Virus record (IMG/VR): IMGVR_UViG_3300031112_000372
Span: 2,665-66,664 of that record
Source of the DNA: a virus
Taxonomy: Duplodnaviria; Caudoviricetes
Length of the DNA stretch: 64,000 bases
Direction: 5' to 3' (one strand)
Below the pieces are notes generated by a model that made no database searches, was not told the DNA's origin, and was given only the letters and a program-made list of their open reading frames with translations. The first letter of the stretch is position 1, and every line of letters starts with the position of its first letter. This document shows positions 47,697 through 57,578 of the stretch, one piece after another. Position numbers and translations under genes: made by a program.

Positions 47697-48948
47697 TTTA
47701 AAAAAGAATCATTTTCTTCTGGATAGAAGTTTAATAAATGAATTACCCTCTTCAATAGCAAACTATATTCAGGGTCAGGGCTTACTAAGCTCATTCAATG
47801 GATTTGGGATCTCATTTTGTGGCTTGGTTTGCTATCAGGGAGAGAATTATTTCTTTTTCCCACGGCAGTCAGATATAGAAAAAATCAAAACTGATCCGGA
47901 ACAGTACACAGCTCTTCTAATGCAGGCACTTTTTAAATTTGCCCAAGATTCAAAAACACAAGTCACCAGCCCTGAAGATGGAGCTGACGAAACCGGTTTT
48001 GAAAAACTGGAGATGTTCAAATACCTGATTAATGATTTCCAGCAACACGGCATTTTTAAGAATGAAGAAGTTCTTTTAAGGAAGAATTCCGGAAAAACAG
48101 ACTGGAAAAAAACCATTAACCGGTCGGTTTCTTTCCCTGACAGTTCTGGTCGCCCTGTTTATCTGGATGTGTACGGGAAACAGAGAACTTCTACCAATTC
48201 GGAAATTACACGCATTCATGCCGGAATCCTTAAACAGGTATATAAAAACTACGGGTTTATTTTTACAGGCAAGAACAAGGTTCCATACTCATTAAAACAG
48301 TATGGTGAAACTGCCCTGTCTACTGATGCCCAGATTTCGGTTTTAAAGAATGAAATCAGGAATCATTTTGCCGATCGCCAGACTCTTCTTCTAAAAACGC
48401 TTATTGAGTATCTTGAAGCCTATAAGGGTAATAAACAGAAGAACCAGATCATTGGCGTTACACGCTTTCATGTCGCTTGGGAACACATGCTTTCCAGATG
48501 CCTTGATAATGTCATTGATATTAATAGCCGGTTACCTAAACCCGTATTTATAAAGCCAGATGGAACAGCAATACCGGCGAAAAAATCAGGTATGCGAACT
48601 GATATCGTCATTGAAGACAAGGCAAACAAAAAACTGACTATTCTGGATGCCAAATATTATGAAGCAACCAGTATAGAGAATGCTCCGGGCTGGGCAGATC
48701 TCGTCAAACAGTTCTTCTATGAAAAAGCAATTTCAATAATGCCGGAATTCACAGGCTATAAATTTGAAAATGCCCTGATCTTTCCAGGGCAAAAAAACGC
48801 ATTTGATAAGATTCATATGCAAAATCAAAAAAATGGTAATTATCTGGATACCGACTTCCCTATCATCAAATGTATATATATTGATCCAATTGATGTAATG
48901 GAAAGCTATAAAAACTCGGGAAAACTAAAAGACTTATTTCGCTCATAA
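47686..48948 (+). CDS. McrC/LlaJI-like restriction endonuclease subunit
   Basis: GKTDWKKTI and MRTDIV...ILDAKYY...DLVKQFFY motifs; overlaps the McrB stop. Confidence 0.85.
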   Translation: MKTSLKKNHFLLDRSLINELPSSIANYIQGQGLLSSFNGFGISFCGLVCYQGENYFFFPRQSDIEKIKTDPEQYTALLMQALFKFAQDSKTQVTSPEDGADETGFEKLEMFKYLINDFQQHGIFKNEEVLLRKNSGKTDWKKTINRSVSFPDSSGRPVYLDVYGKQRTSTNSEITRIHAGILKQVYKNYGFIFTGKNKVPYSLKQYGETALSTDAQISVLKNEIRNHFADRQTLLLKTLIEYLEAYKGNKQKNQIIGVTRFHVAWEHMLSRCLDNVIDINSRLPKPVFIKPDGTAIPAKKSGMRTDIVIEDKANKKLTILDAKYYEATSIENAPGWADLVKQFFYEKAISIMPEFTGYKFENALIFPGQKNAFDKIHMQNQKNGNYLDTDFPIIKCIYIDPIDVMESYKNSGKLKDLFRS

Positions 48949-48952
48949 ACTG

Positions 48953-49579
48953 TCATATGTATGGCAAATTTTTGATGACGCCATGGGATAATAAATATTG
49001 GTAATTAAGGAGAGTTCTCACTTTGATAAAGAATATGTATCCGAAACAAGCACCTATAATAAAGGATAAAAAGGGAATGTAATACATTAAAACCTCCTTA
49101 TTTAATGTTATTACTTTATGAAAAAACAAGTTCACAAAAATAGGTGTAAACCAAAAAGCACCTCCTATTAACAGAAAAACCAATGCATTAACATTTCTTT
49201 CTTTCAGTTCTTGTGGAGTTATTCTTCCAATAATCATGTCTACATGATTATTTTCATCATAGGTAATAAGAACACTTTTTTCATCCTGATCTGATAGAAA
49301 TTTAAAATGATACATTCCTAATTTTGCAGCTTGATAATTTTCATTAAGTTTAAGAATTGATTCATAATCGAATTTATTACTTTGTGTGGCTTCCTGCACG
49401 ATCAAGTCTTTAGTCTTATTTTCAATATTTTTCCTTTTTGAAGGATCTACTTCAACACTATAAAGTTCTTTATATACATTTATGTCCTGTCGGGTCTTTA
49501 GAAAGAAAGGAGCGATTATTTTAATTATTTCGATCAAGATTTTACTTTCAGAAAATACAGACATAAAATTTGACTCCAA
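48953..49579 (-). CDS. Hypothetical protein with two C-terminal TM helices
   Basis: 208 aa, hydrophobic C-terminal pair. Confidence 0.7.
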   Translation of the reverse strand: MESNFMSVFSESKILIEIIKIIAPFFLKTRQDINVYKELYSVEVDPSKRKNIENKTKDLIVQEATQSNKFDYESILKLNENYQAAKLGMYHFKFLSDQDEKSVLITYDENNHVDMIIGRITPQELKERNVNALVFLLIGGAFWFTPIFVNLFFHKVITLNKEVLMYYIPFLSFIIGACFGYIFFIKVRTLLNYQYLLSHGVIKNLPYI

Positions 49580-49686
49580 TTATTGATTAAATATTCCACC
49601 ATCTAAACATAATATATTTTCTACAGATATTGAATTTATTAAAAAATTGAATAAAAATAAATTTTTCTTTTATAAAAAAATACATT

Positions 49687-50424
49687 ATGTCTTCTAACAA
49701 AACATTTTTAGTTGATTGCAATTTTTGTGCAGCTAAAGTTGCTGCAATCTGGAAAGGAGAAGCTGTCATTGATGGTCATCCCGATGAAACACTTTATGGA
49801 TATCGCCTTATACTTGGACAATGTCCTAAATGTTACGGGCTTCTTACTGCTGAACAAACTCAAGTAGAATTTGAAGGAATTACTAATGATGTTGATGTTT
49901 GGAGTGATCCAATTAGAGTTTTCCCAAGCCCATCAAGAAACTTTAGTGCAAATACGCCTAAAGTAGTTAAAGCATCAATAACCGAAGCACAAAAATGTAT
50001 TCATGCTGGAGCTAATACCGCAGCTTGTGTAATGCTTCGAAGAACAATGGAAGCAATTTGTTTAGATATACTTACTCCTCTCAGAAATGAGGAAAAAAAA
50101 CAAGCATCTATTGAAGGAACGTGCCTTCCAAAGAAGCAGAAAAATCTTATGTTAGGAGAAGGACTCAAAGAATTACATACTCGACAAATTATTGATGAGC
50201 GTTTATTCAATTGGGGAAAACAAGTACAAAATATTGGGAATAAATCAGCACACGCAGTTGATATAAATATTTCAAGACAAGATGTAGACGATTTGATGTC
50301 ATTCGTTACTGCCTTAATAGAGTATATCTTTGATTTATCTCTCAGATATAATCAGTTTTTAAAGCGTCTTGAAAATCAACAAGCCTTTAAACCAAACAAC
50401 TCAATAGATAGTAATTTGAATTAA
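49687..50424 (+). CDS. DUF4145 (HEPN-like) domain protein
   Basis: N-terminal CxxC...CxxC; AACVMLRRTME...GNKSAH motif. Confidence 0.75.
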   Translation: MSSNKTFLVDCNFCAAKVAAIWKGEAVIDGHPDETLYGYRLILGQCPKCYGLLTAEQTQVEFEGITNDVDVWSDPIRVFPSPSRNFSANTPKVVKASITEAQKCIHAGANTAACVMLRRTMEAICLDILTPLRNEEKKQASIEGTCLPKKQKNLMLGEGLKELHTRQIIDERLFNWGKQVQNIGNKSAHAVDINISRQDVDDLMSFVTALIEYIFDLSLRYNQFLKRLENQQAFKPNNSIDSNLN

Positions 50425-50503
50425 TGGAATAAAATTATTTATAATTTTAAGAAAGCCCGATTAAATTTCGGGCTTTCTCCATGCAATATCTTTTATAATT
50501 AAA

Positions 50504-50941
50504 TCATTTTATTAAATTTTCAAATAAATCATCGGGAAACGAATAATCATAATCTTTACTAAAAACAGCATAATCATCTGTAACTTTAATATCATTTAGA
50601 AGTAAACAAATAACATTAAAATCAGATTGATATAGAGCTAATTTAAGCGCTAAGTGCGCCGTTTTTTCCCCCTTAGATAATTCCATTTTATATAAGCTTA
50701 CAATATGCTCCAAAATTTGCTCTAGATCTTTTATAGATTGAACATTACAATCTAAATCCACGGATGATAGATACACCAATGTTCTCTCATCATTAAAACA
50801 TGTAGGTATTGCTCTTATCGTTGAAAGATACGGCGTCTTTTCCCATATCTTGTTGAAACTATTCTTTCCAACCCAACGCACCCAATCAAAATTTTTCATA
50901 AAAGACCTTAGAATTAGTGATTTATAATAAACCCACATCAA
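50504..50941 (-). CDS. Hypothetical protein
   Basis: ORF in the cargo region; start probably MKNFD. Confidence 0.6.
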   Translation of the reverse strand: MMWVYYKSLILRSFMKNFDWVRWVGKNSFNKIWEKTPYLSTIRAIPTCFNDERTLVYLSSVDLDCNVQSIKDLEQILEHIVSLYKMELSKGEKTAHLALKLALYQSDFNVICLLLNDIKVTDDYAVFSKDYDYSFPDDLFENLIK

Positions 50942-50959
50942 GTAGAATTAAAATTCCAC

Positions 50960-51307
50960 CTAATACTTAGCATTTACATGTATTTGAAATTTATATAAAA
51001 TATATAAAATCAATACATAATAAAATAAAAAAACTATCTGTACTATCCAAATTTTTTTATTTATCCCTAAGTCTTTTGGTATAGGGAAATATACAAAAGT
51101 ACCGACAATAAAATGTATTATAGAAACTATAATTAATCCACAACCAATATATTCCAAACTCGGAGCACTACTTGGGAGAGTACCTGTTCTCTCAACATAT
51201 CCTGCAGCAATTAGTACACTAATCGAGATACCAAGATTTCGTAAACTGTCAAAGAAAAATTTAATTCTTTCATTGAAAAATGACCAAGTTTTTTCTTTAG
51301 TTTCCAT
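50960..51307 (-). CDS. Small 3-TM membrane protein
   Basis: Likely start METKE at 51307 after AGGGGGAG; three hydrophobic segments. Confidence 0.7.
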   Translation of the reverse strand: METKEKTWSFFNERIKFFFDSLRNLGISISVLIAAGYVERTGTLPSSAPSLEYIGCGLIIVSIIHFIVGTFVYFPIPKDLGINKKIWIVQIVFLFYYVLILYILYKFQIHVNAKY

Positions 51308-51389
51308 TATTCTCCCCCTAATAAAATATATAATAATTATATGCTGAATAAGTTTAATTCCTAATATAAATACTAGGAATTTTCTGTAC

Positions 51390-51914
51390 TTAATTTCCTT
51401 TTTTAAATTTATACCCAATAAACCCATACCGGCAATGCAACACCGCTAACCCACACTTTACATCACTACGAGCATCTGATTGCGAGCGATCTTCTCGTAT
51501 CATCTCCGGCCATGACTGACCACGGAAGTAACGATCAATAATCGCATCCATCCATTCGTCCATAACTTCGCTCTGCCCCATTAAGTCCAGTATTAAACGT
51601 TGTACTGCACGGGCTTCATTATCATCAATCTGGCAGTGGGTCTTAGATTTGGTTTTACGAAACAGATCTGATTCACTCACAAAGTAATTGGCAATGATTT
51701 CCCGTTGCTTCTTCTTGCCCAATCGTTTTAAACGGCGCTGCTTTTCAACCTGTACCATCGCTGATGCAATTGGATTGCTATATGCCCCAGAAGGAATACC
51801 GGTAAAACTCTTTTGATCTAGCCATGCACCGAACTGATATAACCAGCCCTCCAGATCAAATCGTGTCCAGTCCACTGAGTGCATAACATGCTTCTTATCG
51901 ATCATTAGTGTCAT
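51390..51914 (-). CDS. Late-gene antiterminator (Q-like)
   Basis: Last early-right gene; WLYQFGAW...IDDNEARAVQRL...C-terminal HTH-like segment. Confidence 0.7.
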   Translation of the reverse strand: MTLMIDKKHVMHSVDWTRFDLEGWLYQFGAWLDQKSFTGIPSGAYSNPIASAMVQVEKQRRLKRLGKKKQREIIANYFVSESDLFRKTKSKTHCQIDDNEARAVQRLILDLMGQSEVMDEWMDAIIDRYFRGQSWPEMIREDRSQSDARSDVKCGLAVLHCRYGFIGYKFKKGN

Positions 51915-52311
51915 TCATTCCCCCAATCATTTTCTCTATTTGCTGAATCGCTAAACCTGACTTCACTTGTTCTGTACTGAACCGTAAAACTGTAAAACCC
52001 ATCATTGCTGCCGAGTTATATTTCTCCATATCCCCAATGTAACCTTTGCCTCTTGTGTGACGTCCACCACTCCAGATACCACCTTCGACCTCGACCAAAA
52101 TCTTTGTGTCGGTAATCAGAAAATCAGCTCTCCACTTACGTTTTGGATAGAATTTATATTCCTGCTCAAAACTGATCTTGCATGCTCTTAGGTGTGTTGC
52201 CAGTAAGGTCTCGCCCTCACTTGGTTGTCTGGTACCTTGCTTTGCTGAACGGCGTTTCTTTGTCTTCACTGGAAATAATTCACGGTATTCAGCAAGGCTC
52301 ATTGATGTCAT
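51895..52311 (-). CDS. DUF559-like endonuclease
   Basis: EQEYKFYPKRKWRADF...LVEVEGG...DMEKYN; likely start MTSMS at 52311. Confidence 0.8.
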   Translation of the reverse strand: MTSMSLAEYRELFPVKTKKRRSAKQGTRQPSEGETLLATHLRACKISFEQEYKFYPKRKWRADFLITDTKILVEVEGGIWSGGRHTRGKGYIGDMEKYNSAAMMGFTVLRFSTEQVKSGLAIQQIEKMIGGMNDTNDR

Positions 52312-53249
52312 GCTGCCCCCTGCAATATGCCTTTGAACCCGACTTGCTTGAGATACGGTTCCCATTGTTTGGCCTGAGCTGGATCGCTAAGTTTTACAGC
52401 GATCCGTGCTGCGAGCTGATCGTAGCTTTCCCCTGCAGCTGCAAACTGGCTTGCGAACTCAGCATGTTGTGAGAGTTTTTGAGCAAAGGTGTGAACCTGT
52501 TTGTCACTGAGTTGATTTGACTCCCCCTGCGGGACTCGAACCTGCGTCCCTGAATTCCGAAAAAATGCCTGTTCACGTGCTTGGTATTTGCCACATGCGT
52601 TGATTAACCAATCTGCAAAGTGGTAATGCATGAGTTCATCACAAAGATTCTTATCGGCATTGTAGAGTTCAAATGCTCGAAGCTCCCGATCGAACCATGT
52701 CGCGTTTTTGATCTGCTCGTAAGTTTCCTGATCAGTTGCCAAACGAATTTCTTCACCAAGTTTTTTCAAACTCAACCATGTTTTTTTATTTTTAGATTCT
52801 TCTGATAGATTCCCTGATAGGTTCTGTGTCCCAATATTGGGACTGGTCTCGGTACCGTTTTTGGGACTGGTTGCGGTCCCATTATTGGTACTAGTACCGT
52901 TTTTGGAACCAGTACCGAAATTGGAACTAGTTCCGTTATTGGTACTAGTCCCCTTTTTGGGACTGGTTAAATCATTTTCTTCACGGCCCATCACGCCAAT
53001 TAACTGGTAAACCTTGACACCATTGCCGGTTATCTCACCTGTAAATCTAATTAATGAAATAGCCTCAAGCTCATCTAAAACCTTGATCACTGTTTTACGG
53101 TTAAGGACAGTATCTTTAACCATACGTTTAATGCTTGGGTAGCACTTGTGAGACTCACCCGCTCTATCAGCCAAGGCCAATAAAACGAGTCTTTGACTTG
53201 AGGTTTTAACCTCTGCTTTAAAAGCCCAAATGGTTGCGTCCAGACTCAT
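52308..53249 (-). CDS. Replication initiator (HTH, lambda O-like)
   Basis: N-terminal LVLLALADRA...CYPSI winged HTH; internal iteron-like repeats. Confidence 0.85.
   Translation of the reverse strand: MSLDATIWAFKAEVKTSSQRLVLLALADRAGESHKCYPSIKRMVKDTVLNRKTVIKVLDELEAISLIRFTGEITGNGVKVYQLIGVMGREENDLTSPKKGTSTNNGTSSNFGTGSKNGTSTNNGTATSPKNGTETSPNIGTQNLSGNLSEESKNKKTWLSLKKLGEEIRLATDQETYEQIKNATWFDRELRAFELYNADKNLCDELMHYHFADWLINACGKYQAREQAFFRNSGTQVRVPQGESNQLSDKQVHTFAQKLSQHAEFASQFAAAGESYDQLAARIAVKLSDPAQAKQWEPYLKQVGFKGILQGAA
52828..52968. repeat. Seven imperfect ~18-bp direct repeats, probable replication-origin iterons
   Basis: Minus-strand units such as ACCAGTCCCAAAAAGGGG / ACTAGTACCAATAACGGA / ACCAGTCCCAAAAACGGT inside the initiator gene. 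Confidence 0.75.
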
Positions 53250-53542
53250 TACTCACCAACCTTAGGCTTTACATATCCGCCCATGTATTCAATCTTTTGA
53301 GCCTTATACAAACTCGTTTCAATTTCCCCAGCCAAATACAAAGTAATACGACCACAGCGAGCGAGTTCTTGCCTAAACTCTTCGCGTGTTATGGCTGCAT
53401 TCTTTTCGTTGTATCCGCGTTTACGGAGATTTGCTTTATTTCGTTCAAGCATTTTGTTTAGAAGATTAAGAGCTGGCTCATACCATGACTGGATACCTTC
53501 TCTCTGCTTATGTTCAGGAAGGTGTTTAAATTGTTGATTCAT
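53249..53542 (-). CDS. Hypothetical early phage protein
   Basis: Likely start MNQQF at 53542 (ATGA overlap). Confidence 0.75.
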   Translation of the reverse strand: MNQQFKHLPEHKQREGIQSWYEPALNLLNKMLERNKANLRKRGYNEKNAAITREEFRQELARCGRITLYLAGEIETSLYKAQKIEYMGGYVKPKVGE

Positions 53543-53832
53543 GACACCTCCGCCCGTGCTAATTCTTCTGCAGTTAATCGGCGTTTTAATTGGTTTTCTG
53601 CAACGGTGGCATGACGTATATACCTCACTCCAGATGTCCAAAATTTTCCGTCGATGTCAGTCATAGAGACATGGTCGCCAAGAAAGTCACTTTTTATTTC
53701 TATGATGCAGAAAATACTATCGCTACCAAGTGGGCCTATAATGTGGTTTTGAATAACCACCATGTCACCTACGACAAATTCTTGTGTGTTGAGTTCAATT
53801 GGTTGTTCTGATAAATTGTTTTGCATATTCAT
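53539..53832 (-). CDS. Hypothetical early phage protein
   Basis: 97 aa, coupled to the next gene. Confidence 0.7.
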   Translation of the reverse strand: MNMQNNLSEQPIELNTQEFVVGDMVVIQNHIIGPLGSDSIFCIIEIKSDFLGDHVSMTDIDGKFWTSGVRYIRHATVAENQLKRRLTAEELARAEVS

Positions 53833-53885
53833 GGGTTCCTAAATTTGTGAATTGAAACCACTCCTGTTACCGCAGGTAGTGGTTT

Positions 53886-54338
53886 TTATTTGCCCTGAAT
53901 ACAGGCATTAATTTGTTGCTCGAGCGTGGCAAGCAGTACATGCATATCGTGTATGACCTTGGCCATATCGATTGCCTCACCTTTTGTAATTCGTCCATCT
54001 GCAAGCATTTCTCTAAATTGCTTGCTTACGTTGCCTTTCTTTATGCCGATGTTTAAAAAGGTATCCATCAAACAACTATCTCTTTTGCTCTCAGGTATAT
54101 CTGGTAAGTCAATGGCAGCTTTGCCATGTTCTGCACAGATCGCCTGAAGTATTCGGAAATCCGCTGTTATGCCCATCAGCTTTGAAGCTTCGAGCAAAGT
54201 TAGGTGATGAGTTTTCGTATTGGGGTTGACCTTACTGTTGAGTACCGCTGGGCTTTTGATGCCCATGCGTGATGCAAGCGCATTTGCCCCTCCTTTAAAG
54301 TCGTGAACCGTGTGGTAAGCCGCATCCAATATGTTCAT
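53886..54338 (-). CDS. CII-like regulatory protein
   Basis: GGANALASRMG...VLNSKVNPNTKTHHLTL motif, downstream of cro. Confidence 0.8.
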   Translation of the reverse strand: MNILDAAYHTVHDFKGGANALASRMGIKSPAVLNSKVNPNTKTHHLTLLEASKLMGITADFRILQAICAEHGKAAIDLPDIPESKRDSCLMDTFLNIGIKKGNVSKQFREMLADGRITKGEAIDMAKVIHDMHVLLATLEQQINACIQGK

Positions 54339-54362
54339 TGCGAGTCCTTTTGAACGTGTTTA

Positions 54363-54611
54363 TTAAATCGCTTGCCTAATAATATTGCTGGCTCTGATCG
54401 GTTCTCTTAGTTCAATCCAAATATCAACATATGTATCTGGAAAGATTGCTTTACGAGTACTAATTCCATTTTCTTCGGCAATTACTGCCAAACGAATCTT
54501 GCGATCAGTAGGAATCGCCTTCCAACCACTTACTGAAGAAGGCTTTATTCCTAACAAACGAGCAACGGCGTTACATCCACCCAAAGCTTCAATAAGTTGG
54601 TTGTCTGTCAT
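54363..54611 (-). CDS. Cro-like HTH regulator
   Basis: LGGCNAVARLLGIKPSSVSGW; divergent from cI. Confidence 0.85.
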   Translation of the reverse strand: MTDNQLIEALGGCNAVARLLGIKPSSVSGWKAIPTDRKIRLAVIAEENGISTRKAIFPDTYVDIWIELREPIRASNIIRQAI

Positions 54612-54640
54612 GTTCAGCTCCTAATTTCTCAAATCAATTA

Positions 54641-54703
54641 TTAGGTATTCCTTATTTTAAATCAATAGGAATACCTAATTTAATTTATGTTAGGATTGCC
54701 TAA
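54641..54703. promoter_or_regulatory. Three repressor operators (OR-like)
   Basis: 14-bp TTAGG-N4-CCTAA-like palindromes at 54641-54654, 54665-54678 and 54690-54703. Confidence 0.8.
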
Positions 54704-54719
54704 CAGTTAGGGTAAGATA

Positions 54720-55415
54720 ATGAAAACATTAGCAGAACGTCTTAAATATGCTATGGAAATACTTCCTCCTAAAAAAATTAAGGGGGTTGATCTAGCACGT
54801 GCTGTTGGAGTGAAACCTCCATCTGTAAGTGATTGGTTAAGTGGTAAGTCTAAGACGATGGAAGGAGAAAACCTTTTAAAAGCGGCTAAATTCTTAGGAG
54901 TGAATGCGAATTGGTTAGCTTCAGGAAATGGAACCGCTATAAATAAAAATATAGAGAAAATTAATGATGAAGAATTATCAAATATTTTATATAGAGATCT
55001 AAATTTACATAAAATTCCAGTATTTGATTACATTCAAGCAGGATTATGGAAAGAGGTTTCATATGATGGAGCTACCCCTCTCAGCTATACTTACACTGAT
55101 TATTTAGGCAGCACTCCTGATGCTGTTTTTAGTGTAATTGTTCAAGGCAATAGTATGGAGCCTGATTTTAAAGAGGGTGATAAGTTAATCGTTGATACAT
55201 CTCTAAGTCCTAAACCAGGAAGTTTTGTAATCGCTCAAAACGGAGCACATGAGGCTACTTTTAAAAAATATAGAGCCATATCACATGATAGCTATGGGCG
55301 AGAGATTTTTGAACTTATTCCATTAAATAATGACTATCCTATTCTTTCTTCAAAAGTGCATGATATTCGCATCATTGGTGTGGTTGTAAGGCATATGAGA
55401 GATTTTAAAAACTGA
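54720..55415 (+). CDS. CI-like repressor (HTH plus S24 autopeptidase)
   Basis: N-terminal HTH; IQAG cleavage site; GNSMEP Ser and TFKK Lys. Confidence 0.93.
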   Translation: MKTLAERLKYAMEILPPKKIKGVDLARAVGVKPPSVSDWLSGKSKTMEGENLLKAAKFLGVNANWLASGNGTAINKNIEKINDEELSNILYRDLNLHKIPVFDYIQAGLWKEVSYDGATPLSYTYTDYLGSTPDAVFSVIVQGNSMEPDFKEGDKLIVDTSLSPKPGSFVIAQNGAHEATFKKYRAISHDSYGREIFELIPLNNDYPILSSKVHDIRIIGVVVRHMRDFKN

Positions 55416-55437
55416 CTTTAAAATAAAAGGTAACAAG

Positions 55438-56424
55438 ATGGCCGAAACTGAAGCTATAGCTAAAATGGCTGAATTAATTTCAGAAGATATTTTTCAACAT
55501 TTCCGCTGGAAAAGAATTGGTGGTAAAAATCTAAACTGGGACTGTGCAAAGGTTGCTGAACATAATAAAGAAAAGGTAAAGACGCATCCGGCGGATGTTG
55601 TATTTTGCTATAAAGATCCTTACACAGAAAACACCATTTTCATGCATACTGATTTGAAAAGTTATGGAAAGAAAACTATTGCTAGTAAAGACTTCTCGAG
55701 TGTACTCAAAAGTCTGGCACAACAGATAGACTGTGCTGAAATTAGTCAGTCATGGAAAGATAAATTTCTGAAGTCTAATACAAATTATACTATTCATGGG
55801 CTGATGTTTGTTTACAATCATAATAGTGATGCTGATGTATCTTTAGTTAATAAATTATCCACAATTAAACCTCAATCAATACAACTTCTACCATCCAAAA
55901 AAATATTTGTATTTGACCCAATTGATATTGGGTGGTTAGTAGATGTAAGTAATGGCATTAGTCAATTAAGTTTTAAAGGTAAAATTTCCAAAGATTATTG
56001 TTTTTTCTATCCACAAAAAACTTTTCAAGGTGTAGATGGGTTTGAAGAAAGTGCTACTATTGAACTCTTAAAATCAAATATAATTATTGTTAAATCATCT
56101 AAAAGTAGTAGAGCTCAGCACTTAAAAGTATTCTATAGAGGTCGTGGTGAGACAACAGAAGAGTTTCAATATTTATTAGACTATTTCCGACATAATCAAT
56201 TTCTCGAGCATACTGAAGATACTATTGAAATCTACTTCCATACTTCAGTACATAGTAATGCAGCAAATACATTTGATAAAAGCCGAGTCGATTACATTGA
56301 TAAATATACGAAAAACCAAGAAACATTAAATATGTGCTTAAACTCTATAAGTGTTAATGGCTTAGACCATATTGATAAAAGTGCCAGCTTTAATGAAAAT
56401 ATAATTGGAATGGAGCCTAGATAA
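55438..56424 (+). CDS. Putative PD-(D/E)XK nuclease (GapS4a-like), gene 1 of the immunity-region cassette
   Basis: W...N..C...H...KTHPADVVF.Y.DP...TDLKSY motif. Confidence 0.55.
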   Translation: MAETEAIAKMAELISEDIFQHFRWKRIGGKNLNWDCAKVAEHNKEKVKTHPADVVFCYKDPYTENTIFMHTDLKSYGKKTIASKDFSSVLKSLAQQIDCAEISQSWKDKFLKSNTNYTIHGLMFVYNHNSDADVSLVNKLSTIKPQSIQLLPSKKIFVFDPIDIGWLVDVSNGISQLSFKGKISKDYCFFYPQKTFQGVDGFEESATIELLKSNIIIVKSSKSSRAQHLKVFYRGRGETTEEFQYLLDYFRHNQFLEHTEDTIEIYFHTSVHSNAANTFDKSRVDYIDKYTKNQETLNMCLNSISVNGLDHIDKSASFNENIIGMEPR

Positions 56425-57578
56425 TGAAAGCACTACAATTTGATGGTCTTGTTGTTTCTGATCGAGATGTTATTGATCTCTTAGAAAGCCAAAAACACCG
56501 TATATCAAAAGATAAAATATTAAATTTTTTACAGGAAAGAGGAATTTTCTGTTCTGAAGATGAATCACGATATGCTTTACATGAATTGATCGCATCTTTA
56601 AATATTGATTGGTTTTTGATTGAAGACTTGTTAAGTCTTGCTGCCTCTATGGATGAGCAACAGAAGGTTACTGCAACAAACTTCTCTATTAACGAGCCTG
56701 ATGCAATTGAAAAGACATTAGAAAAACTAAAAACAGAATTAGCTCATAAAGATTTTGTAGTTGATAAATTAAAAAATGGTGGCTTTGAGATTCAATATAA
56801 AACTGAGAAATTAGAAAGAAATAATGCAAGATTAATTCAAAGAACAAGTAGAGATGAAAAAATAGCCATAAATGTCGATGGTGATAACATCAGCATGGTC
56901 AGTAGTGTTGGTGAAGGTACAGAACCAGTCATAGCAAAATTCTTTGACGAATTAGGTCGTAATTGTAAAACAGATATTGAAAACTTAAATATTGATTTCT
57001 CTGCTATTATTGATAGTAAAATTATTAATGATTTTTTCTTGGCCCTTATCAAAATTGATGCGAAAAAATATAAGGTTAGTGATGTAATCAAATTAAAATT
57101 AAATAAATTTAATTCAAAAAGAGCAAAAGAATTAGAACTTGAAAATACAGATATTTATGATGAGAGTGATAGTGAAGTCACCCCTTTCTCGAATAAATCT
57201 GGAGTTGAGCCAGATAAAGAAGACATTAAATCCGCTTTGATTTCTGGTTCATCTTTATTAACAAGTGATGTATTCGAAAGTTTTAATAGAAAAGGCTACT
57301 TTATTAGTAATATTTCATGGCAAGTAACTGAAAAAAATGGTGATAAGAGGAGAATTGAATATTCTGCTGGATTTACAGATCCAGACAAAAGAGATGGATT
57401 TATTTACGAAAGTAAAGGCTATTATGAAATTAGCACTGTAAATCAAGAATATAAGAAGAATAAAACTAAGTGGAAAAGATCGCAAAAAAAGAGTATTGAG
57501 TTTGCTTTTCAGCAAGTAGCTTTTGATCTTTTTAAAAAACTAACTGAGCGTTTAGATAGCGAGGAAGCTGATGGATAA
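56424..57578 (+). CDS. Hypothetical protein (GapS4b-like N-terminus), gene 2 of the cassette
   Basis: SDRDVIDLL...FLQERGIFCS...R..L pattern; TAATG overlap with gene 1. Confidence 0.5.
   Translation: MKALQFDGLVVSDRDVIDLLESQKHRISKDKILNFLQERGIFCSEDESRYALHELIASLNIDWFLIEDLLSLAASMDEQQKVTATNFSINEPDAIEKTLEKLKTELAHKDFVVDKLKNGGFEIQYKTEKLERNNARLIQRTSRDEKIAINVDGDNISMVSSVGEGTEPVIAKFFDELGRNCKTDIENLNIDFSAIIDSKIINDFFLALIKIDAKKYKVSDVIKLKLNKFNSKRAKELELENTDIYDESDSEVTPFSNKSGVEPDKEDIKSALISGSSLLTSDVFESFNRKGYFISNISWQVTEKNGDKRRIEYSAGFTDPDKRDGFIYESKGYYEISTVNQEYKKNKTKWKRSQKKSIEFAFQQVAFDLFKKLTERLDSEEADG

Noticed and set aside
52828-52968. Repeat array as CRISPR or a diversity-generating template
   Set aside because: Units are ~18 bp, contiguous, without spacers, in frame within the initiator gene; no cas or reverse transcriptase gene in the window.
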